Positions 49,094 through 57,324 of a stretch of 57,324 bases of DNA are shown one piece after another. This DNA comes from Clostridia bacterium. Lineage in GTDB: Bacteria > Bacillota > Clostridia > Christensenellales > CAG-314. Position numbers and translations under genes: made by a program. Under the pieces are notes generated by a model. It was not told the origin of the DNA. It was given only the letters and a program-made list of their open reading frames with translations, and did no database searches. Position 1 is the stretch's first letter, and each line of letters starts with the position of its first letter. The stretch lies in the NCBI GenBank assembly GCA_017409765.1, contig JAFQSA010000003.1:1-57324 (forward strand), in the 5' to 3' direction.

Positions 49094-50917
49094 GTGTTAG
49101 AAAATATCAAAAATATCCATGACCTACAAAAACTTGACGTCAAACAGTTGCCACAACTGTGCCAAGAAATTCGTCAAAAACTTGTCGAAGACGTGTCACG
49201 CAATGGCGGACATTTGGCAAGCAATCTCGGTGTGGTAGAGTTGTCTGTTGCCCTTCACTATGTGTTTGGCGACGACGACAAAATTGTTTGGGACGTCGGT
49301 CATCAAAGTTATGTTCACAAAATTCTTACCTCTCGCGGTGAGAATTTTTGCACTTTACGCCAAAAAGATGGCCTTTGTGGATTCCCCGATAGCGCGGAAA
49401 GTGACCGCGATAGTTTTGGAACAGGTCATGCTGGCACGGCAATCTCCGCTGCACTTGGCCTAGCCAAAGCGCGTGACGTTGCAGGGCAAAATCACAATGT
49501 AGTTGCTGTCGTTGGCGATGGCGCAATGACTTGTGGTACAACCTACGAAGCGCTCAATAACATTGGCAAAACTAAGATGCTAATCATCTTGAACGACAAC
49601 AACATGTCTATTTCCGACAATGTTGGATCTGCCACTCGCAACATGTCCAAGATGCGCGTTGGTAAATACGACAAAAACAAGCGTCGCCTGAAGGCATTTT
49701 TGCACAAAATTCCACTAATTGGCAAACCGATCTACAAGTTTTTGCGTTGGTGCAAGCGCCGTGCAAAACTTGGATTTGTTCGCAACAGTTATTTTGATAC
49801 CTTCAACCTAAAGTACATCGGTATCATCGACGGTAACGAAATCAAGGATTTGATCTACTACCTAAAAAACATCCGCGACAATGTCGATAAACCAACTGTA
49901 CTACATATCATCACAAAAAAGGGCAAGGGCTATGCACCTGCCGAGCAAGATCCCGTCAAGTACCACGCCGTACCTGTTGGCGGTTTTGCCGACGATGTTG
50001 ATGGTGCTGAGCAACCAACAGATGTACAACCAACATTTGCCGAGAGTTCTAGCATTGTTGGCCAAACACTTTGCAAGCTTGCATCGCAAAATGACAAAAT
50101 TGTGGCAATTTCCGCCGCAATGACAAATGCTGTTGGCCTAAAGGACTTTGCTGAAAACTATCCAAATAGATTTTTTGACGTAGGTATAGCCGAGGAGCAT
50201 GCAGTAACCTTTTCCGCTGGCCTTGCAAAGGGTGGTGCGCGTCCATTTGTATGCATCTATTCAACCTTTATGCAACGCGCCTACGACCAAATTTTGCACG
50301 ATGTTGCCATCCAAAACTTGCCAGTTACGCTATTGTTGGATCGCGCCGGTTTTGTTGGCGAAGATGGTAAAACGCACCAAGGCTTGTTCGATTTGTCCTA
50401 CCTTGGCAATATTCCCAATCTCAAGATTTGGACTCCCGCAACGGCTACTCAACTGGAACAAATGATGGAGAAATCTCTCGCAGAGCAAGGACCTGTTGCC
50501 ATAAGATACCCACGAACTTTACCAACAGACAATTTGCAAATCAACGAAGGTTGGAACACATTCGGCTCGGCTGAGGCAAAAGTAAAACTTTTGTGTGTTG
50601 GCCCACGAATTTTGCAAAATGCAATTGGATTGCAAAGCGAAAAAGTTCAAGTTGTAAATGTCACAACTGCAAAACCGCTTGACAATAACTATCTTGCAAC
50701 CATCAAGGTGGACGACGTGGTTGTTACCATCGAAGAAAACGTCCTTTTGGGCGGTTTTGGCCGTAGTGTTGCAAGCATACTTTCAGCCGTTGGATGTAAA
50801 GTTATCTCACTTGGCGTAGACGACCAATTTGTCGCTCATGCCACAGTCGACGAGCAACTAAAACAATTCGCGCTTGATGCAAATTCCTTGCAACAGTTTG
50901 TGGTAAAATTATTGTAA
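49094..50917 (+). CDS. dxs: 1-deoxy-D-xylulose-5-phosphate synthase
   Basis: GGHLASNLG, WDVGHQSY, GDGA...NDN, DVGIAEEH, DRAG...HQG. Confidence 0.97.
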   Translation: MLENIKNIHDLQKLDVKQLPQLCQEIRQKLVEDVSRNGGHLASNLGVVELSVALHYVFGDDDKIVWDVGHQSYVHKILTSRGENFCTLRQKDGLCGFPDSAESDRDSFGTGHAGTAISAALGLAKARDVAGQNHNVVAVVGDGAMTCGTTYEALNNIGKTKMLIILNDNNMSISDNVGSATRNMSKMRVGKYDKNKRRLKAFLHKIPLIGKPIYKFLRWCKRRAKLGFVRNSYFDTFNLKYIGIIDGNEIKDLIYYLKNIRDNVDKPTVLHIITKKGKGYAPAEQDPVKYHAVPVGGFADDVDGAEQPTDVQPTFAESSSIVGQTLCKLASQNDKIVAISAAMTNAVGLKDFAENYPNRFFDVGIAEEHAVTFSAGLAKGGARPFVCIYSTFMQRAYDQILHDVAIQNLPVTLLLDRAGFVGEDGKTHQGLFDLSYLGNIPNLKIWTPATATQLEQMMEKSLAEQGPVAIRYPRTLPTDNLQINEGWNTFGSAEAKVKLLCVGPRILQNAIGLQSEKVQVVNVTTAKPLDNNYLATIKVDDVVVTIEENVLLGGFGRSVASILSAVGCKVISLGVDDQFVAHATVDEQLKQFALDANSLQQFVVKLL

Positions 50918-50948
50918 TTTTATTCATTTTAATGTATAATATGCATAT
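50911..50948 (+). promoter_or_regulatory. argR-recN promoter with overlapping ARG-box-like sites
   Basis: TTGTAA-N17-TATAAT (50912-50940); ATTGTAATTTTATTCATT and AATGTATAATATGCATAT resemble TGAAT-N4-ATTCA. Confidence 0.55.
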
Positions 50949-50986
50949 ACGCGAAGTTGCTTTGGCGCGTTATATGGAGGAAATTT

Positions 50987-51436
50987 ATGTCACGTTCAAC
51001 ACGACAATCTAAAATTTTGAGTTTGATTGCCATTCACGATATCGACACGCAGGAAGATCTTGTGCGTTTGCTTGCAAACGAAGGCTTTGTTGTCACTCAA
51101 GCAACGGTTTCTCGCGATATCAAGGAACTTGGACTTGTCAAAACACTTGGAGCAAATGGTTCATATCGTTATACCACAAAACAAACAATCGATTTTTCCA
51201 TTTCTACAAAGTTGCTAAACGTTGTTAGAGAAGCGACGTTGTCGGTGGTTGTTGCCAACAACTTGGTTGTTGTAAAGACTATTGCTAACAGCGCGTCGGC
51301 AGTTTCTGTTGCATTCGAGCAAATTCTTGGAAACGAAATTGTTGGTATTGTGGCTGACCGCAACACAATTTTGATTGTCTGCATGACGGAAGTGCAAGCA
51401 AACGCCGTTGCAAACCAAGTAAAACAACTTATTTAG
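50987..51436 (+). CDS. argR: Arginine repressor ArgR/AhrC (ligand pocket altered)
   Basis: TQEDL...VTQATVSRDIKELGLVK winged HTH; argR-recN synteny. Confidence 0.92.
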   Translation: MSRSTRQSKILSLIAIHDIDTQEDLVRLLANEGFVVTQATVSRDIKELGLVKTLGANGSYRYTTKQTIDFSISTKLLNVVREATLSVVVANNLVVVKTIANSASAVSVAFEQILGNEIVGIVADRNTILIVCMTEVQANAVANQVKQLI

Positions 51437-51481
51437 TAGCAACTAATTTGCAACAAACTACATACATTTGCAAAAGATACT

Positions 51482-53188
51482 ATGATAAAAAATCTTGTAA
51501 TTGACAACATTGCTCTCATTGAGCATGTAGATATCGACTTTAGAGAAGGTCTAACGGTGCTAACAGGCGAAACTGGTAGTGGTAAATCTATCATTATCGA
51601 TTCGCTTGCCTTCGTATTGGGCGATCGTGCGGATAAAACACTTATCAAGCACGGTTGTGAGTTTGCTGCCGTTTCCGCCTTGTTCGAAGTTGAGCCAAAT
51701 TCGCCAGTACTTGCCAAAATGAGTGAGTATGGCTTTGGCGACGATTGCGAAATTTTGATCACTCGCAAGATGTCTTTGGCGGGCAAAAACGAAATTCGTA
51801 TCCAAGGCAAGGTTGCAACACTTTCAATTTTGAAGGAAGTTTGTTCAAACTTGGTGGATATTTTTGGTCAAGGACAACATTTGGCACTTATTGATGTCAA
51901 AAATCAACTTTCCGTGTTGGATGCCTTTTGCAATTTTGATGGCTGTGATAGTCAACTTGTAGAACTTTACAGCAAGTATCAAGCGGTTTGTACCGAAATG
52001 AAGGCATTTGGCGGTAGCGATGCTGAGCGCGCGCGACTAATTGATATTCTCAAATTCCAAATTGACGAGTTGGAAAATGCCAATTTGGACGAAGAAGAGG
52101 AAAACGAACTTATCGCAACGCACAAGCGCCTTGTAAATATTGAAAAAATAACTTCAGCAATCTCCAATGCAGTTGCTCTGCTTGCAACGGATGGCGGTGC
52201 AGTAAATGGTTTATCCCATGCGTGCAATTTGTTGCGCGGTATATCTAACGTGGAAGAGGATTGTGTCGACCTTGCCGAGCGCCTCGACTCTGCTCGTTTG
52301 GAAGTGGACGATATTGCTCAAACTTTGGAAGACATTTTGTCCAAGACGGAAATCTCCCAAGAGGAAATTGACCGTTTGGAAGGCCGATTGGAATACATCC
52401 GCACAATCAAGCGTAAGTATGGCGGAAGCATTGCCGAGGCGCTAAAATTCCTTGATGATGCCAAAAAGCAATACGACAATTTGGTAAACGCAACCGAGCG
52501 TATGGCCAACTTGCTTGCGGAAAAAACTGCAATTATCAACAAAATGTACGCAGTTGCTAGCAAAAAATCACAAATTCGCAAAGATACTGCAGACAAGCTT
52601 GCAAAACGTATCATGGCGGAACTTGCCGATTTGGGTATGCGAGGCACAACATTTGTTGTGGATTTTGCAGTTCAAACATTGGACGAATTTGCAAAAATGC
52701 CATCAGCGGACGGTATCGATACAGTGGAGTTTTTGATGTCCGCAAACGTTGGCGAACCAGTAAAACCACTTGCAAAGGTAATTTCCGGTGGCGAAATGTC
52801 ACGCTTTATGCTGGCGGTCAAAAACATCACGGCCCTTGCTGAAAAAATCCCCACAATGGTATTTGACGAAATTGATGCGGGCATCTCCGGCAACGTGGCT
52901 CAAATTGTTGCTGGAAAACTTGCAAATGTTTCCTCCAACAAACAAGAGGGTTACCAATGCATTGTTATCACTCACTTGCCGCAAATTTGTGCAATGGCGG
53001 ATACCAATATGCGCATCGAAAAGTTCGAGCAAAACGGCAAAACTCACACGTCGTTAACTTTGCTGGACGAAAGCAACAAGGCTCAGGAGGTTGCGCGACT
53101 GATGGGTAGCATCGGCGAACACGCGCTAGTTTCCGCGCAAGAACTAATTACATTTGCAAACGACTACAAAAAGACAATTCATGCATAA
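51482..53188 (+). CDS. recN: DNA repair protein RecN
   Basis: LTGETGSGKS, ISGGEMSR, VFDEIDAGISG, ITHLPQ. Confidence 0.97.
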   Translation: MIKNLVIDNIALIEHVDIDFREGLTVLTGETGSGKSIIIDSLAFVLGDRADKTLIKHGCEFAAVSALFEVEPNSPVLAKMSEYGFGDDCEILITRKMSLAGKNEIRIQGKVATLSILKEVCSNLVDIFGQGQHLALIDVKNQLSVLDAFCNFDGCDSQLVELYSKYQAVCTEMKAFGGSDAERARLIDILKFQIDELENANLDEEEENELIATHKRLVNIEKITSAISNAVALLATDGGAVNGLSHACNLLRGISNVEEDCVDLAERLDSARLEVDDIAQTLEDILSKTEISQEEIDRLEGRLEYIRTIKRKYGGSIAEALKFLDDAKKQYDNLVNATERMANLLAEKTAIINKMYAVASKKSQIRKDTADKLAKRIMAELADLGMRGTTFVVDFAVQTLDEFAKMPSADGIDTVEFLMSANVGEPVKPLAKVISGGEMSRFMLAVKNITALAEKIPTMVFDEIDAGISGNVAQIVAGKLANVSSNKQEGYQCIVITHLPQICAMADTNMRIEKFEQNGKTHTSLTLLDESNKAQEVARLMGSIGEHALVSAQELITFANDYKKTIHA

Positions 53189-53233
53189 TATTCATTTTGA
53201 CATGGCAAATTGCCCTGTCTAAAGAGGTTTACT

Positions 53234-54127
53234 ATGGGATTTTTCCAAAAGATTATTGATGGTCTAAAAAAGACCAAGGAAAGAATCGGTTTCAAGCTTA
53301 ACGAAATTTTCAAACGCGGTATATTCGACGAAGATTTCTACGAAGAACTTGAGTTTATTTTGTTGAGTGCCGATGTTGGCGAAGAAACTGCCGAAGATAT
53401 TATCGATCAACTTCGCGAGCGTATGCGCCAAGATCGCGTTGCCGATGCCAAACGCGCCAATCAATACCTTCGTGAAGTGCTTTGCGAAATCCTTGGTGAC
53501 GAAAAGTTCGAAATTCAAACACCTTGTGTTATCACAGTTGCGGGCGTAAATGGTGTTGGTAAAACAACAACTATCGGTAAACTTGCTAACATTTTTGTAA
53601 AGCAAGGCAAATCCGTTGTTATTGCTGCTGCAGACACATTCCGTGCTGCTGCGGGCGAACAATTGGAAGTTTGGGCAAAGCGAGCAGGAGTGCGCATCAT
53701 CAAGCACGAAGAGGGTAGCGATCCTGCAGCCGTTGTGTTTGATGCGGTTTCTTCCGCAAAGAGCAAAGGTACTGATATCGTTTTGGTGGATACTGCCGGA
53801 CGTCTTCACAACAAAAAGAACTTGATGGAAGAACTCAAAAAGATCGACCGTGTAATCGAGCGTGAGCACCCAACTGCAACGCGCAAGAATCTTATCGTTT
53901 TGGATGCAACAACCGGACAAAATGCCATTGCTCAAGTTGAGGTTTTTGACGAAGCAATCGATATTGATGGTATCGTCTTGACTAAACTGGATGGCACAGC
54001 AAAGGGCGGTGTAGTTCTTGCTATCAAGCACGATATGGATATCCCTGTTTACTTTGTCGGCGTTGGCGAAGGTATCGACGATTTGTTGTACTTCGATCCA
54101 CAAAGTTACGTCGAAGGTATCATCTAA
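53234..54127 (+). CDS. ftsY: SRP receptor FtsY
   Basis: GVNGVGKTTT, DTFRAAA, DTAGR, TKLDGTAKGG; ATG 53234 after GAGG. Confidence 0.97.
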   Translation: MGFFQKIIDGLKKTKERIGFKLNEIFKRGIFDEDFYEELEFILLSADVGEETAEDIIDQLRERMRQDRVADAKRANQYLREVLCEILGDEKFEIQTPCVITVAGVNGVGKTTTIGKLANIFVKQGKSVVIAAADTFRAAAGEQLEVWAKRAGVRIIKHEEGSDPAAVVFDAVSSAKSKGTDIVLVDTAGRLHNKKNLMEELKKIDRVIEREHPTATRKNLIVLDATTGQNAIAQVEVFDEAIDIDGIVLTKLDGTAKGGVVLAIKHDMDIPVYFVGVGEGIDDLLYFDPQSYVEGII

Positions 54128-54154
54128 TCTTACAGTCACGTTTAGTGACACTTT

Positions 54155-54179
54155 ACAGTCGCATTTTGCGACTGTTTTT
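54155..54179 (+). terminator. Intrinsic terminator after ftsY
   Basis: ACAGTCGC-ATTTT-GCGACTGT-TTTT. Confidence 0.75.
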
Positions 54180-54193
54180 GTTTGGAGAACAAT

Positions 54194-54529
54194 ATGCAAC
54201 ACACAATGAATCTTCACAATGCGCCATTTTTATCCATCAAAAGTGGTACAAAAACAGTAGAAATGCGCCTTTTTGACGAAAGACGCAAAAATATCAAAGT
54301 TGGCGATACAATCTTGTTTACCAACAATACCACAGGGGAACAACTTACTGTACAAGTAACAAATACGGAAGTATTTGCCACGTTTGACGAACTTTATCGC
54401 AACTACGACAAAGTTTCCATTGGCTACGCGCCAGACGAAGTTGCAAGTCCTGCGTATATGCACCTGTATTATACTCGCGAGCAAATTGCTACCTATGGTG
54501 TTGTTGCTATAGGCATCAAACTTTGCTAA
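54194..54529 (+). CDS. ASCH-domain protein
   Basis: IKSGTKTVEMR (GxKxxExR), IKVGDTILF, YGVVAI. Confidence 0.88.
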   Translation: MQHTMNLHNAPFLSIKSGTKTVEMRLFDERRKNIKVGDTILFTNNTTGEQLTVQVTNTEVFATFDELYRNYDKVSIGYAPDEVASPAYMHLYYTREQIATYGVVAIGIKLC

Positions 54530-54567
54530 ATTTGTTGCAAAATTTACTCTAAAGTAGTGTAAATTGC

Positions 54568-54596
54568 TTGACAATACTTGGATATTTGTATAAAAT
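54568..54596 (+). promoter_or_regulatory. Sigma-A promoter of ylxM-ffh
   Basis: TTGACA-N17-TAAAAT. Confidence 0.8.
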
Positions 54597-54637
54597 ACCT
54601 AATGTAAAGCAAAATGGCTTTACACCAAGGGGAAACA

Positions 54638-54943
54638 ATGGCATTGACAAAGATTGAACTTGCAAAATTGTTGGGAGTGTATGGCCCAATGCTCACACAA
54701 AAACAACGTGATGCGTTGGCTATGTACTGCGAATACGATTGCTCGTTGTCGGAAATTGCCGACGAAGTTGGCATTTCTCGTCAAGGTGTGCGAGATTTGC
54801 TTGTCAATGCGGAAAAAACCTTAACAAAATTGGAAGAAAATTTGCATCTATCACAATTTGTGAGCGAAATCACAATTGCAGTTGCAAACAACGATATGGA
54901 AAAGGTTAGCGAACTAGTCAATGGCTATGTCGCAAAGGAGTAA
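54638..54943 (+). CDS. ylxM: YlxM (UPF0122) SRP-associated protein
   Basis: YGPMLTQKQ...DCSLSEIA...ISRQGV; upstream of ffh. Confidence 0.92.
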   Translation: MALTKIELAKLLGVYGPMLTQKQRDALAMYCEYDCSLSEIADEVGISRQGVRDLLVNAEKTLTKLEENLHLSQFVSEITIAVANNDMEKVSELVNGYVAKE

Positions 54944-54945
54944 AA

Positions 54946-56256
54946 ATGGCTGCTTTTTCTAACTTAACAGACAGAATCAACCATATTTTTTCCAAACTCA
55001 AAAACCGTGGTGCGCTTAGCGAATTGGAAATCAAACAAGCTATGCGCGAAGTTCGCGTTGCGCTTCTCGAGGCGGACGTAAACTATACCGTTGCCAAAGA
55101 TTTTATTAACAAAGTTACCGAACTTGCTGTTGGCGAAAAGATTTTGAAAAGTCTTACCCCCGGACAACAAGTTATCAAAATTGTAAACGAACAACTCATC
55201 GAGCTACTTGGCTCCACACAGTCCAAACTTGGTGTATCACCAAAATTGCCAACAATCATCATGATGTGCGGTTTGCAAGGCGCAGGTAAAACAACCATGT
55301 GCGGAAAACTTGCATATCACCTTCAAAAACAAGGCAAAAAGGTGTTGTTGGTTGCGGATGACGTCTATCGTCCTGCGGCAATCAAGCAATTGGAAGTTGT
55401 TGCCAACAAAGTTAAGTGTGGTTTCTTCGGAATGGGCCAAGGTAATCCTGTCAAGATTGCTAAAAGCGGTGTAGAACATGCAACAAAGAACGGCTACGAC
55501 ACCGTGATTATCGACACAGCAGGTCGTTTGCATATCAACGAAGAACTTATGGCGGAACTCAAATCCATCAAAAAGGCCGTTGACGTGTTCGAAACGTTGT
55601 TGGTTGTGGACTCCATGCTTGGTCAAGATGCAGTTAACGTTGCAAAAACCTTTGACGAGGCACTAGATATCACCGGTGTTATCATGACAAAGTTGGATGG
55701 CGACACTCGTGGCGGTTCAACGTTGTCCATCAAGGCGGTAACAGGCAAGCCAATCAAGTTCTGTGGTACAGGCGAAAAGCCAGAAGATTTGGAAATCTTC
55801 TACCCAGACCGAATGGCATCACGTATTTTGGGTATGGGTGACGTGCTCACTTTGATCGAAAAGGCTCAAACGGCCATCGACGAAGAAGAAGCACTCAAAA
55901 TGGCCAAAAAATTGCAAAACTCAACCTTCGATTTGGAAGACTACCTCAAACAATTTGAGCAAATCTCCAAAATGGGCGATCTCAACGATATCGTTGGCAT
56001 GATCCCCGGTGCAAGCAGACTAAAGCTTGGCGACAAAAAGGTTGACGAAAAACAAATTGCGCGCAACAAGGCAATCATTCAATCAATGACTCCCGAAGAG
56101 CGCAAAAACCCCAAAATCTTGAATTATTCTCGCCGTAAGCGCATCGCTGCGGGTTGCGGATTGCAAGTTCAGGACGTAAACAGACTCATCAAGCAGTACG
56201 AACAAACCTGCGACATGATGAAAAAGATGAGCAAATCTAAGCGTTTGCCTTTCTAA
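54946..56256 (+). CDS. ffh: Signal recognition particle protein Ffh
   Basis: GLQGAGKTT, DTAGR, TKLDGD, M-domain SMTPEER...SRRKRIAAG. Confidence 0.98.
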   Translation: MAAFSNLTDRINHIFSKLKNRGALSELEIKQAMREVRVALLEADVNYTVAKDFINKVTELAVGEKILKSLTPGQQVIKIVNEQLIELLGSTQSKLGVSPKLPTIIMMCGLQGAGKTTMCGKLAYHLQKQGKKVLLVADDVYRPAAIKQLEVVANKVKCGFFGMGQGNPVKIAKSGVEHATKNGYDTVIIDTAGRLHINEELMAELKSIKKAVDVFETLLVVDSMLGQDAVNVAKTFDEALDITGVIMTKLDGDTRGGSTLSIKAVTGKPIKFCGTGEKPEDLEIFYPDRMASRILGMGDVLTLIEKAQTAIDEEEALKMAKKLQNSTFDLEDYLKQFEQISKMGDLNDIVGMIPGASRLKLGDKKVDEKQIARNKAIIQSMTPEERKNPKILNYSRRKRIAAGCGLQVQDVNRLIKQYEQTCDMMKKMSKSKRLPF

Positions 56257-56331
56257 CAGACAAAAACTTTGCAAAAAGTTTTAATAAATCAAAAACAAAT
56301 TTATTTATAATCACTTTGGAGGAAAACAAAA

Positions 56332-56592
56332 ATGGCAGTAAAAATGAGATTGACAAGACTTGGCGACAAAAAAAGTCCTTTCTACCGTGTTGTAGTTATC
56401 GACTCTCACAAAGCACGTGATGGTCAATACGTAGACTTGGTTGGCACTTACAATCCTTTGACAGAAGAACTTAACCTTGATACAGACAAGGCAAAGAAAT
56501 GGATTGATTGTGGCGTTCAACCAACAGAAACAGTTAGAACTCTTCTTGTTCGCACAAACGTTCTCGAACCTAAAAAAGCACACAAGGCGTAA
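56332..56592 (+). CDS. rpsP: 30S ribosomal protein S16
   Basis: MAVKMRLTRLGDKKSPFYRVVV, GTYNP. Confidence 0.98.
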   Translation: MAVKMRLTRLGDKKSPFYRVVVIDSHKARDGQYVDLVGTYNPLTEELNLDTDKAKKWIDCGVQPTETVRTLLVRTNVLEPKKAHKA

Positions 56593-56605
56593 CCTGAGGT
56601 AAATC

Positions 56606-56836
56606 ATGTTGGAACTTGTCACCTACATTGTAACAGAACTTGTAGACGATAAATCTGCTGTAAATATCACATCTGCGGAAAATGATGGTGTCGAAACCAT
56701 CACAATTCGCGTTGCTGAAAAGGATATCGGCAAGGTTATCGGCAAGCAAGGCAAAATTGCTATGTCCATCCGTACCTTGGCAAAGGCCGTTGGTATCCGC
56801 GAAGGCAAGCGTTACAATATCGAGATTGAAGACTAA
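56606..56836 (+). CDS. khpA: KH-domain RNA-binding protein KhpA
   Basis: DIGKVIGKQGKIA; between rpsP and rimM. Confidence 0.93.
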   Translation: MLELVTYIVTELVDDKSAVNITSAENDGVETITIRVAEKDIGKVIGKQGKIAMSIRTLAKAVGIREGKRYNIEIED

Positions 56837-56839
56837 TTG

Positions 56840-56870
56840 AATTTGCCACAAGGTTTTCTTGTGGCAAATT
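56840..56870. terminator. Hairpin between khpA and rimM (possible terminator or processing site)
   Basis: AATTTGCCACAAG-GTTTT-CTTGTGGCAAATT inverted repeat. Confidence 0.55.
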
Positions 56871-56884
56871 TGCTATGTACTAAT

Positions 56885-57324
56885 ATGAAAATTGAAATTG
56901 GAAAAATCACAAAGGCGCAAGGTATCAAAGGCGAAGTTAAACTGCTTTGCTACGTCGATGATGCCCACATGCTCAAAGGTGTAAAAACTGTTTACATCGG
57001 CCAAAATTCCTACAAAGTTCTCAAATGCCGTCCTGACGGTCATTTTTGCTACCTTTTGTTGGAGGGAATTGCCGATCGCAACACGGCGGAAAGCCTCCGC
57101 GAGTGGGTGGTGTATGCTGAAAAGGACAGTTTGACGCTGGATGAAGGCAGATATTTTATCGAAGATCTGCTTGGATGCACAGTTGTGCTGTCCAATGGTA
57201 CAAATGTTGGCAAAGTTGTAGACATTTTGCAATATGGTGCAGCGGACGTGTACATGTGCGAAGGGGAAAAGAACGTTTCCTTCCCATTTTTGAAGGATCT
57301 TGTGCTTAGTGTAGATATCCGCAG
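56885..57324 (+). CDS. rimM: Ribosome maturation factor RimM (3'-truncated by window edge; not in ORF track)
   Basis: Manual translation: MKIEIGKITKAQGIKGEVK...DRNTAESLR...YFIEDLLGC...GAADVY. Confidence 0.95.
   Translation, partial: MKIEIGKITKAQGIKGEVKLLCYVDDAHMLKGVKTVYIGQNSYKVLKCRPDGHFCYLLLEGIADRNTAESLREWVVYAEKDSLTLDEGRYFIEDLLGCTVVLSNGTNVGKVVDILQYGAADVYMCEGEKNVSFPFLKDLVLSVDIR

Noticed and set aside
1-57324. CRISPR array, IS/prophage, rRNA or tRNA genes
   Set aside because: No regularly spaced repeats, transposase or integrase ORFs, or tRNA/rRNA signatures were seen

Overview
57 kb of core chromosome from a spore-forming, low-GC Firmicute (Clostridia-like; the taxonomy is inferred from gene content). 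About 60 genes, all on the + strand: fhs-tdk; comM-dprA-topA-trmFO-hslVU-rseC-trxA; a Mycoplasma-like membrane protein + LemA pair; iscR-iscS-iscU; ruvX-DUF1292; murI; rpsB-tsf-pyrH-frr-uppS-cdsA-dxr-rseP-ispG; a PolC-derived gene; rimP-nusA-ylxR-ylxQ-infB-rbfA-nrnA-truB-ribF; pepQ-efp; spoIIIAA-AH; asp23-nusB-folD-xseAB-ispA; dxs-argR-recN-ftsY-ASCH-ylxM-ffh-rpsP-khpA-rimM. I saw no mobile element, CRISPR array, rRNA or tRNA. Highlights: (1) a ~590-nt OLE (ornate, large, extremophilic) non-coding RNA at ~47783-48365, invisible in the ORF track, followed by its partner gene oapA; (2) an intact 549-aa gene at the polC position that keeps the PolC N-terminal domain, OB fold and exonuclease fold, but has lost the PHP/polymerase core and apparently all exonuclease catalytic residues; (3) an ArgR with a remodelled arginine pocket; (4) a FolD lacking the cyclohydrolase lysine; (5) an unannotated 40-aa ORF and a probably leaderless sigma-E transcript for spoIIIA. 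All calls come from motif recognition by eye; no searches were run.
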